Both the position numbers and the translations under genes were made by a program. Positions 1-13,260 of a stretch of 64,000 nucleotides of DNA are shown here, piece after piece. Source of the stretch: Podarcis filfolensis (Eukaryota); assembly GCA_964270895.1 (NCBI GenBank), contig OZ185439.1; one strand, 5' to 3'. How positions within the stretch are numbered: the stretch's first letter is position 1; each line of letters opens with the position of its first letter. Under the pieces are notes generated by a model. It did not search any database. It worked only from the letters and a program-made list of their open reading frames with translations, and had not been told where the DNA came from.

Positions 1-760
1 GTTTGCAGTGTGTGGACCTTGCCTCTCCCCTTCCACCTTCTAGTAAGCAGTAGTGATACAAACAACTGGAGGTCAAGTGAGTGGCACTAAGCCATCTTGC
101 TGTCCATTACTGGGTGTATCCCTTTCACTGGATTGAGCATCCTAGTGGCCATGTGGCCATTCAGAGAGTCCGCCCTTCTCTCTTTAAGATGGCACTGCTA
201 GATAAGTATAGGGTGTCTAAGTCTTCATCTTTAACACTAGGACTGAATACACAATAAAATGCTCTACTGAACCTAAACTCAGGTTTGTGCTTTGTTTCTC
301 TCCAAACAAACCATGAGCAGCAAGTAAGTTTTGCTCCTGGCTTACTACTCAAGGTTTTGAAGGAGGTGGTGGGTGGGAAACCATGAATCCAGGTCTGAAC
401 GCAATACTAAGGTAGATCACGGCTTAGCTTCTACCAGTGCAGTTGCATCAGAAGCAGGGGAGGAGTGAAGTGGCCATGATTTTAGGAGTGTGCACAAGTG
501 ACTGCACATTCACTAATAAACCATAGCTAAGCTTAACTATGGGTTAAAGTGATGCAGTAACCAAGCAACTACTTCAGAATATTAAGCAGGGTTGAAATAA
601 AAGTCAACTCTGATTGCAACATGTGGCTTTCTCAGTAAGGAACATTGGGTTCTGGGTGTAACAAGCAATTGATCATAGCAAGTTTATAATATTTTCTAGA
701 ATTTAACTACTTATATCCCATATGTCTGTAACAAAATGTGTTCTGTGTTTTATTTCTTAG

Positions 761-920
761 CTCCCTCAACAGATTATTCTTGCGGTGGTTTCCTCGCACA
801 TTCATCTGGGTCATTTCAAAGTCCGTTTTTTCCATCCAACTACCCAAACAATGCCGACTGTGTATGGGAAATCCAAGTAGGAAGCAATTCTCGTGTATCA
901 CTTACTTTCCAAACACTTCA
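761..920 (+). CDS. Gene 1 exon: CUB domain, first half
   Basis: ttcttag|CTCCC...CTTCA|gtaagt; [53 protein letters not shown]. Confidence 0.93.
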
Positions 921-3900
921 GTAAGTAAAGCTCTAACATTGCCCATAAGTCAAGGTCTCAAAATGAAACTTATTATTATTATTAATAGCAGCTTTACTAG
1001 ATAAAACATTACATATAAATTCAAAAAGAGGGTGAGATTATAGCTGGGAGGCAAACAATAGATGCCGTTAGGACTATCCAGTGAGTGCATGACTGAACAC
1101 CAAACCTTAGATTCTAGGCAAAAGAGCCCACAATGCATTTGCCATTTAAAACACATGGCTTCATCCAAAGAATTCAAGAAACTGTAGTTTACCCCACACA
1201 AAGCTACAGTTTCCAGTACCCTTAACAAACTACAGTTCCCATGATCCTTTGGGGGAAGCCATGTGCCTTATATGTGTCATTTAAATGTATATTGTGAATG
1301 TGATTGCTAGCATTCCTAGATCCTTCTATAGTCTAGAATCTATTATCACCCAAAACTGGCTGTCAGTTTCTTTGGTTCCCTATAAGAGTACTATAAGAGC
1401 TTTTATACCATGACTGCAGCATATCGTATTTTAGAAAACTGAGGACAAGCTTATTTGATGAAAAAGAAAGGGGGGCAAAGATGTAAGGGTTGAACCCTGC
1501 TTGTGACGTAGCATGCTTACAGCCCTACCTTGTAAATCCAGGTGTGTTGCAGGAAAGCTCTTGTTACTTAGTGGTAACATAATAGCACCCAAATGTACTC
1601 AGATGCACTCTTTTCTTCCTACTTAACATATTCAAGGGCGTTGTGTTCCACGTCTGAACTATGATGTGCCATGGCTTAACAAATAAATTCCTGTTTGGTT
1701 TTCTATTTCTTTTGTCTGATATCGTTTGTCTAGTATCTGAGCAACTTAACACACCAAAATAAAGTCTGTTATGTGATAGTAGCTTAAAGGAATTGCAAGT
1801 GTAGAGACTAATTCATCATGATCAGTGAACTTTGCTGTAAAAATCACATTCTTGTTTGCTTTCTAGACTAGCATCATGTAATACACAGAGCTGCCCCTGT
1901 GATTATATTGAAATCTATGATGGAACGCTCCATAACTCTCCTTTGCTTGGGAAGATTTGCTCTGGCTATTACCAAACCTTTACATCAACCTTCAATATGT
2001 TGACAGTTAGATTTCATAGTGATCATAGTATCACAAACAGAGGCTTTTTTGCAAACTATTACACCATCCCAGCAAATCATAATACAAGTAAGTGCAATTT
2101 TGCAATACATTTTTCTTTTACCAGATTGTTGTCATTCAATTTAGTTAAAAAATCACAAATTTTCTTGGTATTGTATTGGTTTTTTCCTGCTGTCACTAAA
2201 AAAACTAAAAAGAATAAAGTGGGCACTAAAATATATAATTCTCAGATGCCAAAGGCCACGGAAAGAGGTGTGTCTTCAGCATATGATAGAAACTACATAA
2301 TAAAAGTGGCAAATAGGAAAAATGTAAGGACGTATAGGTCAGGGAACTTTGTGTTACTCTGTACAGTGCAATAAAGATGGATGGCATTGCCTTCATAAAA
2401 GGATAATAATGTATTGTCTTGTTTTATTTTAGTGCACTAATACCACATCCTTTCTCTCCTTGCTAGCTCTTCTTTGTGGACCAGAATATATGCAAGCTAT
2501 AATAAGTAGAAGCTTCCTGACCTCTGCAGGCTATTCTCCATTTGATGTCCACTTGATTGACCCATCCTGCCCACCTATTATCACACCGTATTATGTTATT
2601 TCCAACATACGGTACAATGGCTGTCAGACCAGAAGAGACGTATGGAGATTTATATTTGATTTCTATATGCCTGCCTTCCTTCCTTCCTTCCTTCCTTCCT
2701 TCCTTCCTTCCTTCCTTCCTTTCTTTCTTGTTTAGAAAAACAGGGCTTCAGGAGTTCAACTGGGGCAATGCTAACAAACTGAAACATGTAGTCCAATTCA
2801 TGTAGATACACAGAAACGGATTTAGGGGAGCATAACAGGTTTATTTGCACTGGGCTCCAAGCCAAAAAGGCTGTGCAGAGGTTGCTGCAACAATAATTTA
2901 GAACGGAAGGAGAGAGGCGTGGGGAGCACTGACTTTTGGCTGCTGAAATTTGAAAGCCCAGAGTCCATCGCTTAGATCTTTGTACAACAAATAGTCACAT
3001 AAGAAAATATTTTTAGTTTGATTTTTAGCATCTGAATAGCCTGGGCTATTCATGTTACATTGGCAGCATGGAAAGGAGCCAGATCACAAGATCCCTTGCT
3101 GCAAATGTAGTATGAGTATGGGATGTTCGGGCACCATCAGAAACCCCAATTTGTTCTGTGTTGGGGGTTGCATGGGTCAAGGTAAGAACAGCAATACGGC
3201 ATATGAGTTAGCTGTATGTTCAGAGCAGTGCCATTTTGAAACAACTTAATTCTGAACAACAGTTGATACAAGTAATATTTGTATAGAGAATTCAGTAGCG
3301 TCCCCAGTGATACCATTGGCTTAGACAAGTATTCCTACATCTTGAAGAGGCAACTTGGTGGTGGGGCTGCTTTGCGCAAAGGTAGCATTAAGACTGGCTG
3401 CAGCAAATTCTACAGGGCTATGGCAACATCCTTACCTCAGAAATGTATGTTAACCACTGCCCCCCCCCCCCCACTGGATGTTTCAAACAGGCAGATGCTG
3501 ATACTATTATTTATTCAAACCTGATCACGGCAGCTGCTTCAGGATACATAATTAAAAGGGACAAGGATCTTCACTTCCATGTCAGCTGCAAGATGCTGAA
3601 AAACACTTGGATAGAAACAATGTATGTCGCTGATGGTGTAGAAGAGATCAATGAAACTCGGTATGGACAATACGAAGTCAACATCACATTTTATACCTCC
3701 GACTCCTTCTTATATCCAGTCTACAACTCACCTTATGAAGTTAAGCTGAATCAGGAATTATATCTGCAAGTTACTCTTCATAACTCTGACCCAAATCTGG
3801 TGCTGTTTCTGGATACATGTAAAGCATCACCCAACTACAATGATTTTACAACTTTGACTTATGATATCATCAAGAGTGGGTAAGGATTTTCACCTTATAT

Positions 3901-6900
3901 GTTGTTTGTCTGATTAACTGTTTTAATCTTTATTGCTTTTCATTTCTAAACATATATGTGGTATAAATATTAGATCTCATTAGGCATGCCATTTTAACCA
4001 TGTTCTCACTCCAGCCAGAAGCTGCAAAGTAGGGAAACAGCCAAATCATCATTGGGACCATTCTAAAGTTGACATGCATCCTAATTCATGATCCATTCTG
4101 CTGGGAAAGATGGAGCAGTTAGGAGGCAGCAGAGGCTTTCCTCTTTGTCAGGCACCCCCCAAACTCGGCCCTCCAGATGTTTTCGGACTACAATTCCCAT
4201 CATCCCTGACCACTGGTCCTGTTAGCTAGGGATGATGGGAGTTGTAGTCCCAAAACATCTGGAGGGACGAGTTTGGGGATGCTTGCTCTATGCAGAACTG
4301 CTGAGATCCACAGGCAGGGGAGCTATCCTAATGTGCTCACCAATGGCACATGGTATTGACAGCCTATTGCTGGTGTTGTTCCTGCCTGTGGTAGCAATGT
4401 AAGTCCTCAAAACAGACTGGTGGCAGGAGGTTGTGGAGCTGCTGGATCCTAATCTGGTCCAACAATTGGAGAGGGGTCTGATCTGGGCCTCTCTGCTACA
4501 CCAGTCTGCAGCTGGCACAGCAAAAATAAAGAACAATATCACACCTCCCACTATCTTCCACTCTGCCCAGCTTGAGTGACGGGTCTTCCAATGGCTCCAC
4601 ATTTAATGCATTGCAGTAATCCAACCTAGAGGTTGCCAGAACGGAGAAAACAGTAGTTAGGCTCTCCCTGTCTAGATAGGAGTGCAGCTGATGGAAGGCA
4701 CTCTGTGCCACTGAGGCCACCTGAGCCTCAAGCAACAGCAAAGGATCCAGGAGTACCCCCAAGTTGTGTACCCATTCCTTCTGAGGGAGTGTAATGCTAT
4801 GAAGAACAGGCAACATCCCATCCACCTAGTCTAGTGAACTGACCATGAACAGCACCTCCGTCTTATCTGTACTGAGCTTCAGTTTGTTGGTTCTCATACA
4901 GTCCGTTACCAGGGCAAGGCCAGCACATCCACTGTCTCACCTGCAGATGTAATGGAGAAGAAGAGATGTGTGTCATCAGCACATCGCTAACAACCTACTC
5001 CAAACCCACTCAGCAGTTTCATGTAGATGTTAAACAGCATAGGGGATAAAATTGAACTCTGAGGAACCCTGCTCCAGAGGGCTGAAGATCACTCCCCAAG
5101 CATCACCCTCTGGAAACGTCCATTCAAGTAGGACTGGAACCACAGCAAACCAGTGCCACTGACAACCACTCCAAAAGGATACTAAACTAGTATACTGATA
5201 CAGTTTTATAGCAAATTATTTACTAACTGAAGCTTGCATTCTTCACAAACCCTCACTCAGGTTTGATTTGACACCTTCAAGCTTCTAAAGCAGCTACATT
5301 TAAATTATATTACTATAATAATTTCCTCGAGATTAAAATGAGCCGCTCAGAATACTCTAATGCATGTGACATTTTGTGCATTAGTTCAAAATAGTACCTC
5401 TGCATGAACCAAGATGTTCCTTCTTCCTTTTAGTATATTTTGCCTCAATATATATTCAGATAATTTGGCATGTGCTGCATATGGTTACTTTCAGGAAAAT
5501 GAAACTTAGAGCTGGTCACCTGTTTTGAAGAGCTGTTACGCAACTGACATAATAAAGGTTACAATTACAGAAGTTTTTGCTTTCCTTGGGAAAGCAAAGC
5601 CTTGCAGATTAAAAGGATGGTAAAGAACAGAAAAGTGAGTTCACCATACATATTCAATACCACCTCAACAGATCATTTACTTACGTATTTTCATAGGGTT
5701 GCCATATTTCACATTTTAAATATTTGAGCTTCTTTTTTTCTTAGCTTACTAATGAAGAACAAGTGGGGGGAAAGTTACCAGTTATGGTGAATATTTCTGT
5801 CAATATGCTTTGTGCAGTTTTAATTCAGAGTGAGAAATCACTGACACCTACTTCAATTTAAGCATGGCAGGCATGGCCTTGAAATCAGGCATATTGATGT
5901 TATTCATATTATGTTCAAGTGACACTTGTATGCTTTATTTCAGAACTGTTCGAAGTGCTACTTCTATTTCTTCATTGTTCCACATTAACTATATGATGCA
6001 AATTGAATACTAATTAGTGTAAACTAATTTTATTATTTTTCTATTTGTGCAGGTGTGTTAATGATCCTACATATCAGACCTATTATTCCCCAAACAATTA
6101 TGTTGTTCGGTTTTCCTTCAAAGCCTTTAGCTTCATGTATAAACATCCATCGGTTTACCTGCAGTGCAAACTGGTGGTTTGCAGAGCCTATGACTATTCT
6201 TCCCGATGTTCTCAGGGTTGTCTGAATCTGCCTAGATCTAAGAGAGATACAAGCTCCTATGAGGAAAAAATGGATGTTATCATTGGGCCAATTGAACTAC
6301 AGAAGAATGGCATTAAGAATAGAAATTCTGGTAATTTTGCTTCCCACAGAGAGTTCTTTAATGTCTTTTAAATACAAATCAATGCCATCCTAGAGTAGGG
6401 ATAAGGAGGAATGTATTTTAAATGGATTTATGCACAGAATTTGGCAGTTCCAACCTGATTTGAACACTGCATTAAGCACCCACTTATATCTGAATCACTT
6501 GTTGCTGTTTTTTAAAGCCCAATTTATATGCATAATTATATTGAAAAACTCATATATATGAATTAATATATAGTATAATGCATTCAAAAGTATCAAGTTT
6601 TATGCTGTATTATATTTCTGCAATATCAATTCATATTAGTACATACCTATTTTATGCAGTTGTACAGTTATGCAGTTTTATGTGTAGTTGTGTGCATCTC
6701 TTAAAGCGCTAGTTACCTTAGGAGACGTCCTAGAGTGCATATGCATATAACAATGCATATAATATTGTGCAATATGCTGCTTGTTGAGATTAAGGAGTGA
6801 GATGGGAATTAGAAATTATATATATGGATAAGCATGTCATTGAGATTTTCAGAAAATACCATCCCTCTTTTAAATCTGTTTCAGGTTGTTGAGGTTAAGG

Positions 6901-7669
6901 CAGAGCAATTCGTGTATCCTGTGGCTTTGAGAAAGGCAGAGCTATAGGGGTGCAGGGTATAAGCTGGAATCATCATTATTACCACGATCCTGGCTAGCAC
7001 TGTATCAAAGCCCTAAAAAATGCTTCTAATGCATTTTAGCACTCTCCTCATCTAATAGTACTTCCTCACCTAACCTTGTTACATTACATGCCTTCTTAAT
7101 GTGGCCTCATCCATCAGATGCAGCATTATCATAGCTGTGCCAAATGTACCCTGTGCCCTCCAGCGTATGATCTACCCTCCACAGTGGACTCGTAGGGTTC
7201 AGCTCCCAACAGTCATCCATGTTTCTTCTTTGGCAATCACTCAAAGCCGAGTAAGATTGTCTTCCATGAACACAGCTTTAACACTGAGTCCATAAGTGGC
7301 TGCGGAGGCCAATTCAGGATCCACATGTCCTTCCACAGTGGAGGAGAACAATAGTGTGGTCAGGAAAGTTACTGTGCAATTTTTTACCTTTTTATTAAAA
7401 AATAGTGCTATGGAAGTCAATGGTCCATTGTCTTCTGGGGAACTAGAATGATGCAATTCCATGACAGTTCAAGCAGATAATGCATCACATCTTTTCTTTT
7501 TAATTTTGCAGAGGCAAAACAAGAGCTGCAAGGAAATGCGGACCCTCCTCATGATTCGCATGCACCATACATTGTTGCCGCAGTCGTCTTGGCAGTTGTT
7601 GTCATGACCGTCGCAGGATTCATTTTGAAAAATAAATTGAGAAGACCAATTCCATATGAGATAATGTGA
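761..7669 (+). CDS. DMBT1: DMBT1-like gene, 3' part (6 coding exons in window): CUB - ZP module - furin site - TM - short tail; about 459 aa visible
   Basis: Exons 761-920, 1867-2087, 2467-2639, 3491-3879, 6053-6330 and 7512-7669 join with GT-AG sites and matching phases (1,2,1,0,2,1). The translation [33 protein letters not shown] / [10 protein letters not shown] / [13 protein letters not shown] / [23 protein letters not shown] closely follows the recalled C-terminus of mammalian DMBT1. Orthologue versus paralogue cannot be decided from this window. Confidence 0.8.
1867..2087 (+). CDS. Gene 1 exon: CUB domain, second half
   Basis: ttctag|ACTAGCA...AATACAA|gtaagt; [19 protein letters not shown]...KICSG...[17 protein letters not shown]. 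Confidence 0.93.
2467..2639 (+). CDS. Gene 1 exon: ZP-N start
   Basis: ttgctag|CTCTT...AGAGAC|gtatgg; [17 protein letters not shown]...DPSCPP...NGCQTRRD; phase 1 to 0. Confidence 0.9.
2674..2722. repeat. (CCTT)n microsatellite
   Basis: Direct read, about 12 units. Confidence 0.95.
3491..3879 (+). CDS. Gene 1 exon: ZP-N end / ZP-C start
   Basis: aaacag|GCAGAT...AGTGG|gtaagg; [12 protein letters not shown]...VSCKML...[16 protein letters not shown]...TYDIIKSG. Confidence 0.95.
4149..4285. mobile_element. Palindromic hAT-type MITE
   Basis: Whole element is a near-perfect inverted repeat (caggcacccc..ctccagatgttt..actacaattcccatcatccct / agggatgatgggagttgtagt..aaacatctggag..ggggatgcttg); flanks ctctttgt / ctctatgc resemble a decayed 8-bp TSD. 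Confidence 0.8.
4560..5170 (-). mobile_element. L2-type LINE reverse-transcriptase fragment (decayed; ends approximate)
   Basis: Minus-strand motifs VHNLGVLLD and [10 protein letters not shown]; GVPQ-like motif near 5060. Confidence 0.75.
6053..6330 (+). CDS. Gene 1 exon: ZP-C end with furin site RSKR (6234-6245)
   Basis: tgtgcag|GTGTGTT...TCTG|gtaatt; CVNDPTY...[31 protein letters not shown]...IIGPIEL. Confidence 0.95.
7512..7669 (+). CDS. Gene 1 last coding exon: transmembrane helix and cytoplasmic tail
   Basis: ttttgcag|AGGCAAAA; [52 protein letters not shown]; phase 1 matches; not in the ATG-based ORF track. Confidence 0.9.
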
Positions 7670-8095
7670 GCGCTTAAAACCTTGGGACTCAATCCAACAC
7701 CAAGTCAAGCAAGCTTAAACTCATTCATTTCCATGAGTTTAGGTGCAGCTATTTGTTGGTGGGATTGTGGCCTTGATGGTTGGAAAGAAGAATCTGTATT
7801 GAATGTGCATCACTTGAAAGATGCATCCTTATGAAGGGGGTCTCAATAGTCTTGTGATTTTATCTTGATTTTTGCTTTTACATGAAAATACAGAAGCAGG
7901 AAAATGTATTGGACACAATCCAGCCATATTAAACTCTTGAAAGACCCACTGTTTGCACAAGAGGGGGCTTAAAAATTATTCTTAATTCTTCCATTGGTCT
8001 TTTTACTTTTTTACTAAATTTTACACATTGTCATGAATGTATGTAGATGGATGGATTCAGGTTAGACGAGGACCTGAACTGCAACACAAAATACA

Positions 8096-8101
8096 AATAA
8101 A
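8096..8101 (+). terminator. Candidate polyadenylation signal for gene 1
   Basis: AATAAA about 430 nt after the stop codon; use not shown. Confidence 0.35.
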
Positions 8102-10289
8102 AATTAATCCCACCAAGAGTCTCATATTCAGAACTCGAGCTATTTTTATGAAATTTCTGCCACGTTCCTTGAAGCAATATCCAAGATTAGTAGTTCAGTG
8201 CTGCATTTAGTTAAGAATACCTTTTGTAAATGACATACCACTTAAAGTTTTCATTCTGTCAATTTGTATAACTGTCTAAAATGACAATATTTGTTGGTAA
8301 ACAAGGGCATCTCAACAGTTTCTGGTAAAGTGGATAAACCTTCTTAGGATCATATTCAGTTGTGCCCCTCCACTCCAGCTCTTTCATCCAGCTGAGGATT
8401 CCATGAATAGAAGGGCAGGATAGCAATTTTCTAACACACACAGACTTTCTCATCCTGCCTGGACCACCTCTCATCCTGATCCCCTGATCCGCTGGAGTTT
8501 TGTAATATTTGAGTTTATTTACAAATTTGCAGGTTAAGCATAGGTGGAAGTGAAGGGAAAAGACCCCAACAGATAGACAAAGTCCACTGCTCCCACACCT
8601 GGACTCTAAGGGAGATATCCCAGAATGTTGCTAGATTACAGGGGTCAAACACAGCTCTCTGTTTCTGTGCCTTTTTTGAATGTTTCAAAGCTGCAGTTGA
8701 TTGTACTTTCCACACACAGACACGTAGCTGTGGGAGCAGCAGGATATCTCCCCTTCACCCACTTGCCACCTTTCTAACCACTCAGAAAACTTAATGAGAA
8801 ATAGTTGAACAATTCGTTCCATGGGAAACACACCATTAGACTTTTGTCACTCCTACCAGATCCAAGGTTCTGGTCCAGTAATACCTCAAGAGAACCCACA
8901 GGATAGTCCTTTTCACAGAACCCTGGCAATGAAACTGGCCACCCCTCTGAAAAGTTTAACAGTATATTTCTAAACTGTGGACTTGTACTTTAGATTACGA
9001 AGATCACGTACTTTATAAAGAAATGTTAGAAAAGTAGTTCTGCTTACTATGTGTTTACCATTTCGGAAACAGAAGAGATACCTGCCACATGTCAGACCTA
9101 GTTCCTGTTAAGGGGTGACGCAAATGGAAGGAGAAGGAAGTAGCACATAGCTAAGCTTGCTGATTGCTGCTAATTGCTTCCCTGGTGATCTGACTGGTTT
9201 CCCAGTGGTTCTCTACTTTGACTAGAGGTTTGTTGTTTGTAAACAGACTGAATTCCTGACATCCACCAGGTTCCAAGTTTAGGATTTGCGGTGAGCTAAA
9301 GTCTTGTACACCCTTCTTTCTCAAAGGATTACACAGCTTAAAATATGACCAGTGAAGAACTGACAAGGGGAAACTTTTGGGGGGGGGGGAGAGAGAATAA
9401 TGAACCATTGAAGTATTACATACTTTAGCTTAAGCCTTTGTATGAGAGATCAAGGGCAGAAGAGGGAAGTCCTAAATATGGTTTGGGAAAGATGCTTATA
9501 AGGAAAGAACTAAAAGCTGGGAGTGAAACCGGGCAGCATGAAGCTACTACGGTAGGTGGCCAAAGGGAATTATTTGGTTGGTTTATTTATTATCTCCATG
9601 TGGGGATGCCATCGGACATTTCAGCCATAAGGATCAAAATGTCTTAGGCTCTCCCTGGAGAAATATCATTAAAAAATAGTACTTGAGGAATAAAGACCAT
9701 CAAGGAGGTACTTTACCAAATCAACCAGTAGATTAGGCAACCTGGAGTGAGTGAGTGAGTGAGTAAGCAAGGTATCAATCAGGGGATAAAAGCATGATTA
9801 AGAAAAGTCATTGGAAATCTGCTCAAGACAACACATTACAAAAGGTCACAATAAGAGGAAAACAGCAAAGGAAAGGTTTTCTTTCTTTCTTCCTGTTGAA
9901 TTTCAAGTTAAAATATGTATGCATGGATTGCTGCAAAAGTAGTATAAAAATGGTAGAATTTTATAATGACCAATGCTAAAAAAACCAAAAAGTGGTTCTG
10001 CATCCCATGAGTAGATTTGTGTGTGTACTAGTAAACCATATACCTAAACAACATGTGACTACATGGATAAATGCAAGGCACAATTTTGGCCCTGTAGTTC
10101 TTAACCGAGCAGGAATGTATCTAATCCTACTTCTGCAAATAGATTGCCTTCATCTAACCATGAAACCATTTTGCCTGATTAAAGGATGACTCATTTTATG
10201 TGCAGTCTCTTGGTTATCAGCCTCCTCCTTTTTACCACTCTACAGCAAACCCCTTAAAACATACTAACAGTGATGAAAACCAAACTGAA

Positions 10290-11430
10290 TAACCCACGAA
10301 TACCAACTTGTTCAGGATAGTTAAAATAAAAAAGGGGATTGTGAGGAGCCCCAAAAGGATTTTCCCAAACTGGGTGAATCAGCAGTAAAATGGCAAATGC
10401 AACACAATGTTAGCAAATGTACTTTGATGCAAATTGAAGCCAAAATGTATTAATTTCACATATGTGCTCATAGGGTGTGCATTAATAGTGACTGACCAGC
10501 TACAATCTTGATGAAGGTGTTGGTGTGAGGCAGCTCTGGAAAAGGCAGATTCCATGCTAGGAATCATTAGGGGAAAGGATCATTAGGAATATACAATTCT
10601 ATGGTACAACCACACTTGGTGTACTGTATACAGTTCTGGTTGTTTTACCTCAAAAAGAATATTGTGGAGCTGTAAAAGGTTCAGAAAATGGCAACCAAAA
10701 TGATTCAAGGGGGTGGAGCAATTCCTCTATGAGGAAATAACTTTTGGTGCTTTTTAGTGTAGAGAAGAGGTGAGAAAGCAGGAGTGTGATAGAGGTGTGT
10801 TTAGTTATACGTGGTGTGAATAAATTGGATAGGGAAATATTTTTCTCTGTCTCAGTATACTAACTTGGGGGTCATCAAATTGAACTGAATGTTGGATGAC
10901 AAAAAGAACTTCACACAATGCATAGTTAAAGTGTGGTACAAGCAACAGCCATTTTGCATGGGGGCTCCATTCTTGACCCCTGCACACATTGGCAGAACAT
11001 GCAGAAGCCTGCTCTGCCCTGTTATGTCCTGTTCTGCCCCAATCCTGCCTCTGCCCTGCTCCCACCATGCCACCTTTCCTGGCCACTTCCAGGTTGCAGT
11101 GATGTGTGTGTGTGTGTGTGTGTGTGTGCGTGCAGCTGCGCACATGTTGAGCACATGTAAAATGGTTGTTGCCTGTATTTGCTCCCACAACAGGCATTAA
11201 TGGCAAACAAAACGGGAAGGCCTTATAAGAGGATTAAACCAATTTAGGGAGGACAAGGCTATCAACAGCTACCAGTCATGTTGGCTGTGTTCTATTTCCA
11301 CTGGGAATTCAAGGTGGGGGGGGGGAGGACAACTTAAATTCTGCTTGTGGAAATTTAAGGCATCTGGTTGGCTTTTGTGAGAACACAGTGCTGGATTAGA
11401 CAATCCTTTGGTCTGATCCAGCAGGCTCTT
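10290..11430 (+). mobile_element. CR1-type LINE 3' fragment interrupted by a MITE (ends approximate)
   Basis: LGESAVKWQMQHNVSKC RT C-terminal motif at about 10370; CR1-like 3' end (gaggattaaaccaatttagggaggacaaggctatcaac...ctgatccagcaggctc) resumes after 11195. Confidence 0.7.
10939..11175. mobile_element. TA-flanked Tc1/mariner-superfamily MITE with internal (TG)n
   Basis: TIRs caagcaacagccattttgcatg / catgtaaaatggttgttgcctg; TA at 10937-10938 and 11176-11177. Confidence 0.75.
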
Positions 11431-12999
11431 TTAAGGCTCTTTTTCCCCCCTGGAAGGCTGCTTTTAAAACTGTCACAAGACTACCATTCATGTGAATCAG
11501 GAATAAAATAGTTGTTAAATTGTTCTTTGTCTGGCCCTCCCCCTCCCTAAACACTCATTAATGGAATTTTCTTGTAAACTTCCCATGTTTAGAAATGTCA
11601 TGCTTCTTTGCAGAAATTGTTGTTAATAAATATCAGATAGTTTGGTTTGAGGTTTGCTTGAGTAGTTTCCCATCTCCTTCTTGCCACCTGAATTGGCAAA
11701 GCCTTGAAATGTCCTTAACCTGCTTGCAACCCCTATTTTTCTTTACTCACCACCCGATTTTCCATTCTTGGCTGTCTCTGCTACTTTATCTTTCACAATG
11801 CCTGTTTAAATATGTACTATGGTCTTTGTAGTGCTCAGTACTTGGCTCCAGATACATTATCTTCACACCTTACCTGTTCATTCATTTTGGTTAGTTTTCA
11901 GCATTCACCAGTCTTGACTTTCTACTTGCTTGATCAAATACCCAGAGAATATGTGCAAAAATTCAAAGGCATAGCCTTGAAAATAATTAATGTGGCACAA
12001 ACAAATTTACAAAAAAACTATTTATATATATATATATAAAGTCCCCATGAATGTTCTGGCTTTAAAAAGGAGGCAGTCATAAGGAGAAACATCTTCTTGT
12101 TGAATTACCCTGCTACAGAGGTTCCCAAGCCCTGGTTCACAGACTAGCAGTGTTCTGCAAACTTTTTCCACTTTATCTGTGGCATGTCTTCAGATTTGTG
12201 GTTGAAGATGGGAGGTGGCATATCTACTGCATTAAACATTTATATTTATTTTAATAGTGTTTTAATTGCTTTTTTATTTATTGTATTGAATTATCATGCG
12301 AATTCTATTGAGCGTGATATATAATAAATAAAAGAAGCTATAAAAATGCAATTAACACTCATACAGAATCTAGCACAGCACAGTACACATGCTACAATAG
12401 GGAGAGAAAGAACCGCAGTAGTTTTAAAATGGTCCGGGGGCGGGGGGAGGTTGGAACAACTGCCCTAGTCAGCAGCAGGAAGAAATCTGAAAAATATGTA
12501 ATGAGAAAACAAATGGTTCAAGTTATTTTATTCATTTATTAGATTTGTATCTCACTTTTCCTCCCAAAGGAGCTCAGGGCAGCAAACAACCAAGTAGCAG
12601 AACAACTAAAAATAGAATTATTAAAAAACAACCCAGAACTTCTAAAAGCAATTAACATCATTTTGAAAGCAGCCACATTCTCTCACAGCTAATAACTGAT
12701 ATGAATGACTTCAAGAAACAGAAGCCCAAAGCTCAAGTTCAGCACCCAGAAGTAGCTGTGCGTTTCTCTAGATCCTGGCCGCATATGGGCACAAATATTT
12801 CTTGTGCAACACTCTCCTTAAGAGAATCTTGCCTGCTGACATTCCCCCAAATGAAGTGACAAGCAGGTGCACTCGATGGTATCTAATTCACACTCATTTC
12901 CTTCTGGAAAATAGCCCCCCTTTTTTAAAAAAGGAAGAAGGAGAATGACAAGCGCTGGGCTTCATATTGAGGACTGTTTACACAACAGGTATAAAAAAT

Positions 13000-13214
13000 T
13001 AAAGATAAGGGAAGTGGCATTGATATGCACTCGTATTGTTGGCATAGTTTAACAAACATTGTTTGGCATTGCGAAAGTCCTTCTAGAAAACTTCCTTTTC
13101 CCAGGAGGTGACGAAAAAGGGCAGATCAAATTTCAGACCCACCACACTATATATGTTCAGGTGTCTTCATCCTGAAGGTTACTACTCCTAATTCTCCTGG
13201 AATCTTAGCCCAAG
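13000..13214 (+). promoter_or_regulatory. Candidate proximal promoter of gene 2
   Basis: TATATA at 13148-13153, about 60 nt before the ATG; AGATAAG (GATA) 13003, GGAAGT/ACTTCCT (ETS) 13010 and 13090, AACAAACA (FOX) 13051, TGACG 13109. Motif matches only. Confidence 0.4.
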
Positions 13215-13260
13215 ATGGATCAAACTGTGATCTTCCTTTTGGTGCTACTCTCAGCATCAG
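13215..13260 (+). CDS. Gene 2 exon 1: signal peptide
   Basis: caagATGG strong Kozak context; MDQTVIFLLVLLSAS then G|gtaatg; phase 1 matches the CUB1 exon. Confidence 0.75.

Noticed and set aside
2433-2466. Upstream AG at 2431-2432 extending the ZP-N exon with an open frame
   Set aside because: It gives phase 0, whereas the previous exon ends in phase 1; 2467 fits.
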